A stretch of 64,000 nucleotides of DNA from Octopus sinensis (Eukaryota), in assembly GCF_006345805.1 (NCBI RefSeq), contig NC_043009.1, forward strand, positions 45,756,001 through 45,820,000, given 5' to 3'. The translations under genes and the position numbers were made by a program. The notes below the pieces were generated by a model. That model searched no databases. It was not told the DNA's origin and was given only the letters and a program-made list of their open reading frames with translations. This document shows, one piece after another, positions 13,557 to 27,957 of this stretch (its first letter is position 1; the number at the start of each line of letters is the position of its first letter).

Positions 13557-14117
13557 TGTTAGATAATATATGTGTAGGGACATGATGTCATAGCTGGAAT
13601 GTCTTTAGTTACAACCTATTGAGATCAGGAGAACATATTTGATTATGTTGTCAATGGAAACTTAGTCATTATAGAATGAATGTAATAACAAGTGGAATTG
13701 AATGTTTTAGATCGTAGGTCTGCTGGTTCAGGGTCAGCTTCGGATTTTACAATAAAAATGAGACGAAGCTACCATCCAACAAAATACAAAGTATCAGCGA
13801 TAACATTACTATCATGAACCACCGAGGGAATTTTTCCTGGTGGTTTGATCTACTAGAAATAGCAGTAAGAGCTCACTCAAAAACCCGCACGTACACACAC
13901 ATACACATACACACAAAGTATGGCTCAATATAATTAAGCTTGTGTATGTAAATAGTGTGTATATAACTTTATCTGTATAAGTATATACGTGCATGTGTAT
14001 ACAGACACGCACACACAGACACGCACACACACACCCTCTCTCTCACACACACACACACATATATATATCTATGTATATATATTTCGATTCAGGCTTATGT
14101 TTCGAAATGTTGGCCAC

Positions 14118-14158
<41 letters not shown>

Positions 14159-14919
14159 AATACATGTACATACTCACTCACACGTACACGCATATACTTA
14201 TAGAAAGAAGAAATGAGTGAACACAAGTGCTTTAATTATATCAATTTACATTTTTTGCATCTAAATTCGATCTCACGAATATTACTATATTATGCTATGA
14301 TATATGCAACTAATGATTCATGAGGTTTCATTGTAAGTACGAAATTCGATGCTTTAGTATTATGTGATAGAACATAGAAGTAGTTTGTTTCGTTTTGTAA
14401 TATGCAGATGTAATAACATAAAGATACCCAACTCGATATGGGTATAAATTATTGATAATTCAAGTATCTACAGCAAATGACTTACATACATAATTCTGAA
14501 AAGCGCAATTTTGTACAAGCCATTACAATGTTACCTCGTCAATCGGCACTTGCATATATCATTGCATATTTTGTTACAAGTGAATAAATATAACATACAA
14601 TAAATAATAAATCGCAAATCCCACGTGGTGCTGAAACCAAGTTGATGCTAGATGCACTGTGAAGGCAGAACTAGAGGAATCGGGGTTCTGGTACGATGCT
14701 GAGAACGTAAAAGAAATGTATTTCTAATTGTCTTCACAAGCCTTACATAGTGATAAATGAATAAATGTAGATATTTTCATTAAATATACCAAAATTTAAA
14801 AGTTCGTATTGGTCTAAGCAAATTCCTTTTAATCACATGATCAATGTACTCCTAGTATTCTGATGTAGAAATCCGTTCAGAAATCTTCCCGAAAGGGGTT
14901 TCAGATGGCAGCCAGATTA

Positions 14920-15231
14920 TTTTATTTATATTTTTATTTATGCGCCCTTTTCAAGCCTAGCCAGGCTCATGGACCCAGTTTCCCGGTTTCTATGGCGTAT
15001 GTGTTTCCCCCCAGCAGTCCATCGCAGCGTTACTCAAGAAACAGGAAGAAAGAGTGAGAGAAAGTTGGGGTGAAAGCGTACAACAGGGGTCGCCACCACC
15101 CCCTGCCGAGCCTCGCGGTGCTTTAGGTGTTTTAGCTCAATAAACACACACAACGCCCGGTTTGGGAATCGAAACCGCGATCCTCCGACCGCGAGTCCGT
15201 TGCCCTAACCACTGGGCCATTGCGCCTCCAC
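14920..15231 (-). mobile_element. SINE, head-1 joined to tail-2
   Basis: The tRNA head and body match 43008-43200. The 3' part (TGAGTAACGCTGCGATGGACTG...CTGGCTAGGCTTGAAAAGGGCGC) matches 27082-27190. Confidence 0.88.
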
Positions 15232-15329
15232 AGTAAGATTAATTAGGTATTATTTAATAAATATTTAGATTTTTAGCTTTACAAAGATTTTCTAAACTTT
15301 CATAATAAGTTCAGAGTGTTTATTAATCA

Positions 15330-15641
15330 ATCAATGGAAGCACTCCGTCGGTTACGACGACGAGGGTTCCGGTTGATCCGAATCAACGGAACAGCCTGCT
15401 TGTGAAATTAACGTGTAAGTGGCTGAGCACTCCACAGACACGTGTACCCTTAACGTAGTTCTCGGGGATATTCAGCGTGACACAGAGAGTGACAAGGCCG
15501 GCCCTTTGAAATACAGGTACAACAGAAACAGGAAGTAAGAGTGAGAGAAAGTTGTGGTGAAAGAGTACAGCAGGGATCACCACCATCCCCTGCCGGAGCC
15601 TCGTGTAGCTTTAGGTGTTTTCGCTCAATAAACACTCACAG
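15330..15641 (-). mobile_element. SINE family C (head-1/tail-1), 5'-truncated, with a probable 10-bp TSD
   Basis: Near-identical to 43085-43391. TTATTAATCA occurs at 15320-15329 and 15642-15651. Confidence 0.9.
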
Positions 15642-16039
15642 TTATTAATCAGTCGTTTATTAATCAGTTGTTTTTTAGATAGTAAAATACATAATATCTC
15701 TTCTAAGCCAAAACTGCATAAATTAGAATTTCCGTCATACAAGTATGAACCATTAATCTTCTTTTCCGTCAAATGTCAAAGAAGTATTATATCTCGAAAT
15801 GGTGCAGTGTGGCTACGCCATCGAATTTTGAAAAGCTCTGCTGTTCCGTCTACATATCTGTATTCATTTCCTTCAACCGAGCAGAGTATTTTCATACGAT
15901 GTTCTTAATTCATACGTGTTTTACTTGTAATATGCAAATGCAGTCATGTAAACACGCCCAATTCAATATAGGCATAAATTATTGATAATTCATGTATCTA
16001 CAGGAAATGAATTTTATGCATTCTGCCTTGAGCCTAGAG

Positions 16040-16440
16040 TAGAAAATAATTATTTCTACTCTAGGTACAAGGCCTTGAAAATTTTGGAGGATGGGTGTGC
16101 TAGTCGATTACGTCGGCCCCAGTGAGTAACTTATTTCATAAACTCCGAAAGAATGACAGGCAAAGTCGGCCACGGTAGAATTTTAACACAGAATGTAGGG
16201 GCAGACGAAATACCTATTTCTTTACTACCCACAAGGGGCTAAACACAGAGAGGACAAACAAGGACAGACAAACGGATTAAGTCGATTAGATCGACCCCCA
16301 ATGCGTAACTGGTACTTATTTAATCGACACCGAAAGGATGAAAGACAAAGTCGGCCTCGGCGGAATTTGAACTCAGAACGTAGCGGCAGAACTAAGCATC
16401 TCGTCCGGCGTGCTAAAGTTTGTGCCAGCTCGCCGCCTTA
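16040..16440 (-). mobile_element. SINE family B dimer (full unit plus 5'-truncated unit), tail-to-tail with a short + strand tail
   Basis: Same two-unit layout as 33629-34015. CCTAGAGTAGAAA/TTTCTACTCTAGG inverted tails at about 16035-16066. Confidence 0.85.
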
Positions 16441-16657
16441 AGCGTTATTTTGATAATGGCAATGATGTGCTTTAGTTTTGGCAGCGGTCGTGATTAAAAG
16501 ACGCCATTGGGAATTATGAACTGACTTAAATAAAGTGACTCTGTAGCTGATGGCTTTAGTTGCCGTTGTAGTGAGTGTGTGGATTGTTGAAGACCGCGTC
16601 TCATCTCTTTTCCATATATAAGAATCAATGGAGTGCGATTAAGAGGGTTATCTGGAT

Positions 16658-16892
16658 GCAAAGATGGGCACCGTTAATCGAAACTTTAACTTCGTTAACT
16701 GTTAATTCATTAAGCAAAAAAGTTAACTCCGATAAGTTAACTCAAGTTGACTTAAGTTAACGGAAGTTAAATGTAATAGAAATTAATCAATCCGATAATG
16801 ATTTCCAAATTTAACTTAACGGTTAAATCTATAACGAAAATGTTAACTTCGTTAATTAACGACTAACGGATTAACAGTTTAGTGCCCAGGTT
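16658..16892. mobile_element. Probable MITE (hAT-like ends) with a GTTAAC/TTAAC motif array
   Basis: Imperfect terminal inverted repeats (ATGGGCACCGTTAATCG versus CGGATTAACAGTTTAGTGCCCAG) enclose more than 10 TTAAC/GTTAA motifs. No coding capacity. Confidence 0.5.
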
Positions 16893-18198
16893 TTTCCGGA
16901 TGCTGTTTCTTGCTGGTAAAGCAACCATCCATGTGTTGAGGCTTTGTCTCGTGATTGTCTTGCGTATTGTCGTGACAGAGTGATACAAATTGATTTGGGT
17001 TACTGATATTTATGATATTTACAGCGTTTAAACTAAGCGTTCATGTTAAAGGCATTTCACTCTCTTACACTTCATGTAAGCAGCTAAAATATTACATAAT
17101 TTAAAAGTTTGTTGTGAAACTATTCCCAACTGTTATGGTATTTGCTGAAAATGCAAGTTTCGACGAATGCTAACAACATTTCAGGAAAGTACACTCGCGG
17201 AATGAAAATATATTCAAAGTTAAGAAGTAGGAAAATTATGAAATTTATTCACCTAAAGACATCATATGTCTACTATAAAGTAAGACGTGCATAAAGTCAT
17301 TAGAAATAATGAGGTAGACATTTATTCTGTTTCTTGTTGATTTTATTATTTAGTCCACGAAATATTTCTATGTCAAGTACTTCTAAGACAACTAGAAATC
17401 TTCTCCAAGTAAAGAGGCAAAATTGGCTTGCAGTAGGAACAAACTATTGACCCCCAATTTATAAGTACTCAGCAATACGGTAGAATTCCTGATTAATTTG
17501 CATGAATTAGAATACAGCTTAGCTCTCGATGAAGAATGTTTGAAATTACCATAAATTAAAAAGTAACGAATATCTGTAAAATAAAAGGTAATAAAAATCT
17601 ATTTCTGTTCACTAAGCTCAAAGTACAGTAAAATAACAGTAAAACTGATATTTGATTTTAAGCTTAGGAAGATAAAATCTTTTCCAAAAGTCTTGTTAAA
17701 GTGTTAAACGCAATTTTTTCGCTAGGTGCCCAAGAGAAATGGAAGAAGTCGTTACTTTAACAAAAACACATTATCTAAGAAGAATTATTACAACCCGGAG
17801 TAACTGACAATTAAATGGGCTTATTATGAACCTCCTCCTCGCTACTTATCCTTGACAATAAGATCTATCAACATAGACTTTACTATATTTTTATAGTATT
17901 TCCTTACTGAGATAAAAAATCCATGTTTCAGGATAAAGTATTTAAAAATGTCCTCTGTTGCTTAAAAGTAGCATAGTATCTAACAGAAAATATAGCAAAC
18001 GTTTTGTACAATCTTCTTATCCTCTTTTCTTCTTTTCTTCTTCATCGGACATGGTAGGACGTATGAAAATCTGACACTATCTTCTGATTACAACTTTATA
18101 TGTCGCGTCACACATTTCTAGAATATCCTTCTTAAGAAGATACATAAAATAAAATTACTAAAACAATGTATTCCGTTTTTTTTTCCGTTTGTTTTCAG

Positions 18199-18290
18199 TG
18201 CACCTTCCGTCATATTGACGATATTCAGACCAGATGCTACAAAGATGCTTTCTCTAATTGCAGAAGTAGATCTATTTCAGTACCAAAGAG
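18199..18290 (+). other. Candidate internal exon of unknown gene
   Basis: Strong polypyrimidine acceptor (TTTTTTTTCCGTTTGTTTTCAG) and donor GAG|GTACAT. Two open frames, one reading APSVILTIFRPDATKMLSLIAEVDLFQYQR. No homology recognised with certainty. Confidence 0.25.
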
Positions 18291-19565
18291 GTACATATAT
18301 TTAATATGGCGTCGAGTAGAGAGAAATAGTAACCAAACGTTTTATAGTATATGATTTCGTCTATCACTATGTTTTATTTATTTCTTTAATCAGAGGAAGT
18401 CGCAGCGCCCATGTTCTTTTCATCTCTACCGCAAGAATGCTGAGATCAATAGCAGTTAATGTTCAGCTTGAAATTTTGTAACTTGATGCCTGTAGCAGAA
18501 ATATTAGACAACAGCGAGTAAGAAAGAGAGAGCTATCTTCTGTGGAGAGAATATTCAATAAAGTATTTACTTTGAGATTATCTAAATAGAAATGACGGGT
18601 ACATCAAGATGGCTTCACTAGACGGACCCTGGAGCTTTTAAGTTGGCAGGAGAGGAGAGAGAGAAAGTTAGGATAGAGAGAAAGAGAAAAACCTGGGAAA
18701 GCGGGAGAGACAGATAGATAAACAAAGTGAGAGAAATTTTGCAGTTTCTTGAAGAGACCTAGAAAGTGTATACAGCTCGAAACGTTATATATGTGAGCAG
18801 AATACTAATGGGTGTTGTACTTGGATTCTGTTCAGGGCTAGATACCAGGGCAGAAATATGCTTGTAGGCAAGAAGAAGAAAAAACATTGCAATGCAGCTT
18901 TAGCAATGTTCTATGGCCACCATCAAATTATATCAGAGAATCTGAGGCCTTCATCTATAATGAGTTTTGCTCGACGTTGTTTATAAGTTAGTTTCTATGA
19001 TAAATGTAGGGACATATCTACATTGTCATGCTATCATCGGAGATGTTTTCAGTCCACCCTACGGGGTAACGGTGAAGTTCATGATTAGATATGTATAGAA
19101 ATTTAATTCCGGCGTTTCAGGGGAATTGAAAGCTGATTTCATCAGATTAACACTGTGTGTGTGGGTTGGTGCTTTTGATTGTGTATTTGTGAGTGCTTTT
19201 GTGAGGGTGTGTTTGTATGTGTGATGAGAGGAAGCAATTAGAAGACACGAGAAAGCGTAATTAATGCAGGAGACAGAATATTACCTTGAAGTAAACCATC
19301 ACATTTTTAAAAATAGCTAAAAGGAAGCTCACTTCATCACCATGATCATGATCATGATCATCATCATCATCATTATACTTCGCCATTAAACCCGCTTCCA
19401 ATTTACAGTGCAAGTAGCTTCTGTAGTTACCACGATAAATTTTCACTGATACCAACTTCACTTTGCGCCTTTCTATAAATTATCATCATCACTCATTACT
19501 GTCCTCGAACCTCCCCATCATTCCCGCCTTTGTTATCTTAAATATCACCACCATTTTGGAACAAA

Positions 19566-19657
19566 GCCTTGAGTGGATTTGGTAGACGGAAACTGAAAGA
19601 AGCCCATCGTACATATATATATATATATATGTACATATGCTTGTGTGTGTGTGTGTG

Positions 19658-19688
<31 letters not shown>

Positions 19689-19927
19689 TGGGGTGTATAT
19701 ATGTTTGTGTGTCTGTGTTTGTCCCCACCCCCAACATCGCTTGACAACAGATGCCGGTGTGCTTACGTCCCCGTAAGTTAGCAGTTCGGCAAAAGAGGCC
19801 GATAGAATAAGTAGTATTCTTGCAATGAATAAGTCCTGGGGTCGATTTGCTCGACTAAAGGCGGTGCTCCAGTATGTCCGCAGTAAAATGACTGAAACAA
19901 GTAAAACAATAAAAGAATAAAAGAATA
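19566..19927 (+). mobile_element. SINE family A, headless
   Basis: Aligns with about 112-413 of the first copy. Confidence 0.88.
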
Positions 19928-20794
19928 AACCCGAAGGCTTTGTGAGTTGGCTCATAAGTTTTTGAAAGTCAATTGTTTACATAAAGCAATTGTAGATTTA
20001 AATCTGAGTATAAATACATATAATTGTTATTATGATATAAATATATATATAATCAGTATATGATTTAATTTATATAACACAGTTCAACAAATCCATTCAT
20101 ATTTATGTAATAGAGGAGATTAGATGTTAAAATGGATTATAGTTTTTATTTTTCATGTTGCTATACAATTTGTTACATACAAAAAATACTCAGATATTCA
20201 TAAATAGAAAATCGCAAGAGTCATATTTGTACTCGTCAGTAGCTGATATTAAGACTAAATAAGATGTTAGAAGTACATAGTTGTCATTTTAGAAATATTG
20301 TATTCCTTCTTGCAGTCATGCCTGTGTGAATCAAGTCTCAGGTTATTAAACTAATAAATTTACGTACAAATACACACATATACATATATTCACAAATACA
20401 CTCGCACTTTCCATTCTCATGAATATGTACCCATTCATGCTATGAATTCTACAATCACGCTCATATATTAATACTTTTCCCTTTTTTATAGCCATTCATG
20501 TAGAATTATGATTTTATGCTTAAAAGGAAATTCATTCCATAGGATAAACTTATAAGGTTTGTTCGTACATACCTACATAGCTCTCCACAATGTGATATGT
20601 CTATTCGCGTATAATAATATTACGATAGAAATACTTTCATTATTTATTCTATAATTACATCTCCTAAGTACATTTATACCTAATGATAAATTCATGTGTC
20701 CTATAGTTGTTTCCCTTTTAACCAAGCGTACTGAAATCTCTCTCTCACTCACACACATAATCTGACTCTCTCTCTCTCCCTCTCTTTATGCATA

Positions 20795-20844
<50 letters not shown>

Positions 20845-21919
20845 TATGAATTCTCTAGAGACAATCTTTAAACATGCCATACAAGTAACTGACCTTCTTA
20901 ATATTTATATTTGACATAAGTACCATCTATATTTAGAAAATCAAAGCCATAGAAGTATAGTATTTAACAACCTATTATCTATGAATACTAAGCAGGTTGA
21001 ACACAGGACATAATTATGAATAGTCTCCTGTCCATTTCATTCAAGCGAATAGAAAGCCGTTCTCTTTGGCTGCTTCCGACACTGATCAACTAGAAATCAT
21101 CCATATTTGTAGTATTATTTCTTATCGTAACCGAACATTTTCGTCAGTATTATTTTATATAAACGATTGCCTTTTACAGGACGTAATCTGTCAGCCAACT
21201 GAAGTTCTATTCCAGTTCGAACCCTGTTTGCTGCACCTTTACCTGAGATACCTTTGAGATGTTTTGGTGTGATGAAATCTCATTCCATTCCCACATATAA
21301 TTGCACATCATAGCTTAGCAAAAAATAAAATCAACATTTAACATTTATTGTGATTTATTATTAATATACGCCGGTTTGCCTCACGCGATACGCTGCATTT
21401 CCATTTATTCCAGAATTATGCTACACTGCTTTCATTATCATATATCCAATTGGAAATTGAATTTTGTCCTAGGCTGTTCTATGTATCGATCTTCAATAAT
21501 GAAATTCATCACACAAGCGAAAGTGGACAGAAGAATGTATTTTTCACTAGATATAGACTCTAAATATGAATGAATTTATAGCTGAATACATTATTACTTC
21601 GACTATTCTTGCATCAATAGCAAAGATTTATGAGCTTATTGCTTCCCAAACAGTTGAGGGTTGAAATTAATTAGCAGCTGCTTCCATATTCAGGAAGATA
21701 GGATGATAATTTTCTAGCTAACAACAGTCACTGTATCAAAGAAATTTATTATGTGATGTTCAAACTATAAATTACAACCTGGCTTATATTTAGCATCAAT
21801 GTATATTAGAAAAGGTCTTGCTATACATGACTTACATGGACTAATGTATAATGTTATATGAAATATTTTACAATGACATCACCAAACAGCTGTGACTAAA
21901 TAACCAACCTCTGATACAC

Positions 21920-21961
<42 letters not shown>

Positions 21962-21962
<1 letters not shown>

Positions 21963-22180
21963 AATCTGTTATACTCTAGGCACAAAGGCTCGAAATTTTT
22001 GGGGAGCGTCATCAGTCGATTCGATCGACTCCAATACGCAACTGGTACTTAATTTATCGACCCCGAAAGGATGAAAGTCAAAGTCGGCCTCGGCGGAATT
22101 TGAACTCAGAACGTAAAGACAGACGAAATACCGCAAAGCAATTCGCCCAGCGTGCTAACATGTCTGCCACCTCGCCGCCA
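21962..22180 (-). mobile_element. SINE family B monomer
   Basis: GGCGGCGAGGTGGCAGACATGTTAGCACGC head, GAGTTCAAATTCC B-box, and CTTTCATCCTTTCGGGGTCGATAAATTAAGTACCAGTT central domain resembling the Nin/Deu conserved SINE domain. Confidence 0.9.
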
Positions 22181-22429
22181 TACACACAAAATAATAGAAG
22201 TAAAATGCAATCTAGTAAAAACTGAAAGCCTGGTTGAATGATTTCTTTATGCATCTGCTACCATATGTTTGAATTAAAACTGCTGTTGTTCTGATAGAAA
22301 AGATAAACCAAAAGTGTTAAACTACAAGTCATATATTCGTGCAGTAAAAAGAACTGATTGCTGTGTCAATAGAAGTTGCTTAGTTTCAATTCCAACTTGA
22401 GATTCCTTTGACGGCTTTTACTCCTGTGC

Positions 22430-22742
22430 TAGCATGACTGCACGGTTATGAAGCTTGCTTTGAAATCTTGAGGTTTCGGATTCATTCCCACTTCATGGTA
22501 CTTTGCACATTTTTTTTCTACTAGAGAACTGGTAAATGCTTTGTGTATGTATTTGCTAGACGGTAACTGAAAGAAGACTGCTGTATACATACACACATAC
22601 CGAAACTTAGTGCTTTTGGCAATTGATATAGATTGAATAAATACAAGAATTTAAAAAATAAATATATGCTGAAGTCCATTTGCTCACCTACCCTAAGGCG
22701 GTGTCCCAGCAAAATTGCAGTTCAATGACTGAAACAAAATAG
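22430..22742 (+). mobile_element. SINE family A, old degraded copy
   Basis: Patchy similarity: GACGGTAACTGAAAGAAG and AAGGCGGTGTCCCAGCA...ATGACTGAAACAA. Confidence 0.6.
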
Positions 22743-23897
22743 ATTTTCAGTTTTCCCATTATCTTTTAGTCTAAGGAAACAATATCTAATCTGAAATAAT
22801 ACTTAATACGGTATGAAAATATTACTTTAAAATTGAAAATATTTCAAAGAAATATTTTTATTCCATTATATAATTACTAATGCATGTAGCCTACAGAAAG
22901 TAACCAGCGAAGGAGATTCCATTCTTTTCCAAATATAAGAATACTAGTGTGACTCGCAAGTGAAACGCATCGAGCTGAAGCGATCCAATATGGAATACGA
23001 GCATTCATCGTAGATATTACTTGGTTGGAATTTAAATACATTTATATAGTGTTCATGAATGACTCGTTCTTTATAGAATTAAAAGAATTATTCCCTTTAG
23101 TTGCTAAATCATTTATGCTGCGAAGTCTACACATGAATTATAAATGTTGAAAAATAAACAGAGCCAAAGAAAAGGTTTATTACATAATTACATTAGGTGA
23201 CATAAAGTCACGTGTCGACTTATCGCAGTATGTATTTTAGTCCGGACATTTCACACTAAAGCATTTGACATAAAGCTTTTCAGAGTTATATGTAAAATGT
23301 AAATTAAAAAGATACAATTTGGAATTTGATGGATTTGATTCGTTAAATGTAAAAGGTGCAATTAATTATCAGATGAACAAAAATTGTATTTGCGATCTAA
23401 TTAAATGGTACAATTTAGAAAAAAAGAACACTTTTAATGTAAAAATTATATTTTCTTTCTCAAATTTTCAACAAAATACGGTACGGAAAAGATCATTCAG
23501 AATTTTTCAATATTAATATTCTTTGCATGTTCAATTAACAACATTTAAGAAAATTCATTATTTCTTTGATTATTAGATTATTAATAAACAAGGAAATGTG
23601 AAGGGATGGGCAAATTTAACGTCAATTAAATAGACGTTTTTATAAAAAGAATAGTCACTACGGATAACAGTTGGAATGCTTGAATGTAATATAGTTTAGC
23701 AAGTAAACACATGAACGATTCAACATGCACATGCATAGATGAAGGAGCGTTTAGTTTGGCACTAATTACCTGCAAGCTATTAAACATAATTTCTAATGGA
23801 TTTAATTCATGAACTTCGTACATGTTTTTTGCAAACTTGCAAACAGAATTCTGTACACCCACATTTTTGTTCAAAAATGCATGCAATATGTATACGT

Positions 23898-23900
<3 letters not shown>

Positions 23901-23977
<77 letters not shown>

Positions 23978-23986
23978 TATAGAGAG

Positions 23987-24017
<31 letters not shown>

Positions 24018-24022
24018 GAGAG

Positions 24023-24078
<56 letters not shown>
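23901..24078. repeat. Compound microsatellite (TA)n(GA)n(GATA)n
   Basis: Directly visible. Confidence 0.97.
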
Positions 24079-24079
<1 letters not shown>

Positions 24080-25814
24080 CGCACGCACACTCACATATAA
24101 TTACATGAGTGTGTGTGTGTTTGTGTGTCCCTTGCCAACATAATGTGGCTATCCTGAATAGGATATTGTTACTGTTGTTTAGCCCCAGGAAACATCGTTT
24201 CCAGCTGGTTATACGACACAATATCTATATCCTGATATTTTCTAACAGGGGCCCAGCACCTTCATCGAGCACAAAGCAATATCTGTGGACCGACTTTGGG
24301 GGTTATGGCCCTTTATCAGCACAGTGTAGCTGCTTGGTTAGGTGGCGATGCTGCTTAGATTAGTGCTTCTTACAAGAGAGGAAAACGCACCTTGACCAAT
24401 GGATTGCTTCAAATAGAATATACTTTGAAATTGAAAGTACTTTGAAGGCGTTAAATGTGTAAACGTGTCAGGCTAAGTGAATAAAATAAAATGACAAAAT
24501 TCAGTTTGTAGTAAAGAAACTGTCTTGTTTTCATTATTACTAAAAAAGTTTCATATTATCTATATAGAGTAAATGGTTAATGTTTCCATTACTATCTTCA
24601 AACTGATACTGCACCTTTTGTCTTTCTTAATACTAAACTGAGGTGAATTAAGCATAACACAAATATTAAAGTGGATAACAAGTCTCCTTGGAAAACGTCT
24701 GTCTTACCTTTCTCTAAGGCTTGCGAGCAGTCAGAATAGTTAGCACACCGGACGAAAGCTTAGCGGCATGTCATCCATCGCTACGCCTTGAGTTCAAAGT
24801 ACCAGTCACGTAGTGGCTGGCTGATGAGTCGACCGACACAATTAACATAAAATAGGTGAGATTATTTGACTGCAGATGCTTCCATTTTGTGACTGAAAAT
24901 TAGACATGGTGACAGAAGGAGAATGTGAACCATATTCTTGGAACATAATGATACCTCAATATGATGCGGTTCTCTTTAGTAAAACAGGACAGCTTTTAAA
25001 ATATTTGGTTGCGGATAAAGCTCATGCGCCGTGTTAAATTACTGCTTTTTATATATTTGTGTGGTGTGTATGTTCATTCAGTTCATTATTTTAAAACGGC
25101 GCACGAACTTTTCCTCAGCCTAGTATTTCTGAACTCTTACTTTCTGAGTTTCAAATTTCACTGTTATAAATTGTAAATACCATAGCTATTTTGGAAAGTG
25201 GACATTCTCGGATGTTTCCGCACTTCCTTGAAAATATGTTAAGACATCTAACCTTTTAAGTTCTATCTCCAGTACTATATACTAACAAGGATGTGGATGC
25301 AGAACTGCTCAAACAAGAATATATCTTCCAGGTAGTAAAAGCCAATTTATAGAACTTTTAGACAAGACATATTTAGTTACGGTAAGAAAGTCTACGGTTA
25401 AGTAAAGAAAACAATTGGCTAAATGTGTGAGATGTCACACTTCAGTGTTGTGTTTCACTCTAAATCCCAAAACAACAGGAAAACGACAATATCTTAAGTA
25501 TAAATATAGTAACACTTAGATACAATTGCGTGACATATTAAGTGTATGTATTAAAATTTGTTTTACTCATGATTAGTAGCAAGAAAGCTTTACTATATTT
25601 AGTTGTTTAATGAACATCGATGTTCTTTTTTAGATTTACCATCCATTTAGGATAAGAAAATTAAGTTTTCTTGAAAACTACTTATTACGTGAAGACGGAT
25701 ATATGCATTCATAGAAGCCAAGATAACTATACAATGCAGTTGATGTGATTCTGTAAGTGTGTTTTTATGTACGTGTGGATGTGTGGGTGTGAGAGTATAT
25801 ATATATATGTATAT

Positions 25815-25884
<70 letters not shown>

Positions 25885-26457
25885 TATATATATATATATA
25901 CATATGTATTAATGTAAATAAATAGGTTTTTAACACATACCCATATGTGTATATATATATGTATATATATATTAATAAAACAAGAAGTTTGAAAACGCCA
26001 CTATATAAGATAAATTTTGATTTTCTTAGAAATTTTACATGTTTCGGTTCTTCTGTATGTATATATATATATATATATATGCATGTACATGCCTCTACAC
26101 TGTACGTACATGTAGGCATACATAGATACACGTGTACATATTTATTTATGAATGTATATATTAACAGAGATAGTAGTTATATCTTTAGAATCGATATATG
26201 AAAATCATGGTATGATTTATTGAATTTTAATATTTGACATTTATTTCAATTTGACGTCTTTTTTTTTAAGTGAGTGTATTTTCAACATCATTCTAACTCA
26301 TGAATATTACGTACTTGAGGACAACGCCAGAGCATAACCACATACAGTTTTTTATGTGCCAGAATTGAATAAGTTATTTATTTAAGTATCTATCGACAAA
26401 TGTACCATGTTTTTCTGCCAACCTGCTTGTCCGTCTCTCTTCCCTTCTCACTCTGTC

Positions 26458-26488
<31 letters not shown>

Positions 26489-26507
26489 TTCTCCCTCTCT
26501 CACTCTA

Positions 26508-26648
26508 ACTGTGTAGTGAGAAGTTTACATCCCAACCACACAGTTCCGTGTTCAGTCCCACTGCATGAGTACGTAGACAAGTGTATCCTACTATAACATG
26601 GGGCTGGCCAAACCATGTGCGAGGATTTGTCAAGCCTGTCGCATATAC

Positions 26649-26685
<37 letters not shown>

Positions 26686-26912
26686 GTTGTGTATGAGTGT
26701 GTTTGCATGGTTGTCTTTGAGTCTATATTTCTTCCCTTGTGCGCTTGGGAAACGGTGTGTGTGTGTTTAAATCTTTGTAACCTAGCGATCCAGCAGAAAT
26801 GGCAAATAGAATAAGTACAAGGCTTAAAAGAATAAGTAATGCAGCCTGTTCATTCAACTAAAATTCTTGAAGTTGATAACCCAGGATGGCCGCAGTCCAA
26901 TGTCTGAAACAA
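26508..26912 (+). mobile_element. SINE family A, diverged
   Basis: Head CCCAACCACACAGTTCCGTGTTCAGTCCCACTGC, (TG)n, tail GATGGCCGCAGTCCAATGTCTGAAACAAG. Confidence 0.75.
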
Positions 26913-26940
26913 GGAATATAATTATGTATGTATGTATGTA

Positions 26941-27200
26941 GTGGAGGCGCGTGGCTTAGAGGTTAGGGTGTCAACATCATGATCGCAAAATTGTGGTTTC
27001 GATTCCTGCACCGGGCGACGCGTTGTGTTCTTGGGCAAAACACTTCATTTCAAGTTGCTCCAGTCCACTCAGCTGACAAAAATGAGTAACGCTGCGATGG
27101 ACTGGCGTCCCGTCCAGCTGGGGAACACATACGCCATTTAAACCGGGAAACCGGGCCCGTGAACCTGGCTAGGCTTTAAAAGGGCGCGTTTATTTTTATT
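26941..27200 (+). mobile_element. tRNA-derived SINE with a V-domain-like core (head-2/tail-2)
   Basis: tRNA head GGAGGCGCGTGGCTTAGAGG...GGTTTCGATTCC. GCTGCGATGGACTGGCGTCCCGTCCAG resembles the V-SINE core. Confidence 0.85.
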
Positions 27201-27204
27201 TTTG

Positions 27205-27470
27205 TATGTATGTATGTATGTATATATATATGTATGTATATATGCATGTATGTATGTATGTATGTATGTATGTATGTATGTATGTATGTATGTATGTATG
27301 TATGTATGCATGTATGTATGTATGTTTGTCTGTATGTATGTATGTATGAATGAATGAATGAATGTATGTATATGTCTGTATGTCTGTTTGTCTGTCTGTA
27401 TGTATGTATGAATGAATGAATAAATGAATGTATGTATGTATGTATGTATGTATGTATGTATGTATGTATA
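27205..27470. repeat. (TATG)n/(TGAA)n microsatellite
   Basis: Directly visible. Confidence 0.97.
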
Positions 27471-27957
27471 GTAAGATGCCTGGATCAATGGATAGATAGA
27501 TAAATACGCATACATAAGATGCACGCATATAAATACCCATTCTATAGGTTTAAATAAATGGATATTAAAATCTGGAGGTAGCAGTAGCATTAATATATCA
27601 TGCTGAAGTAACCATAGTTATTTTTTGGCTGCATTAATTCAATGCATTAGCGCGTAATTCGCTCTGTAGCTGGAAAGCATGTTTCCTTAAATAGATGCTT
27701 TTTGACCACTTCACTTGTAATATGGATCATGGTATTTAGAAATAAGGCTACTTTCACATCTTAGGATTATACCAGAGATTAAGGAAATATTCGGATGTTT
27801 TCAGTTCAGTTATGAAACAGCGTTCAGGAAATTTGGAAATTCCGTGCATTCGTTCACTTAAATTTTAACTTTACTATTATTGTAAACCATAGTAATTCAA
27901 TTTAATTACTCAATGTAAATTCATATACGCTAGCGTTCAAATTAAACTATTATATAT

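Noticed and set aside
24815-24845. CTGATGA-GTC-GACC-GAC
   Set aside because: A stem II-like hairpin is present but is not followed by GAAA. Similar failures occur at about 20236, 22010, 32312, 41085 and 45981.
25273-25331. Short AG...GT-bounded segments with an open frame (also about 20316-20341 and 11076-11105)
   Set aside because: Such sites are expected by chance in 64 kb of AT-rich DNA, and there is no homology or linking evidence.
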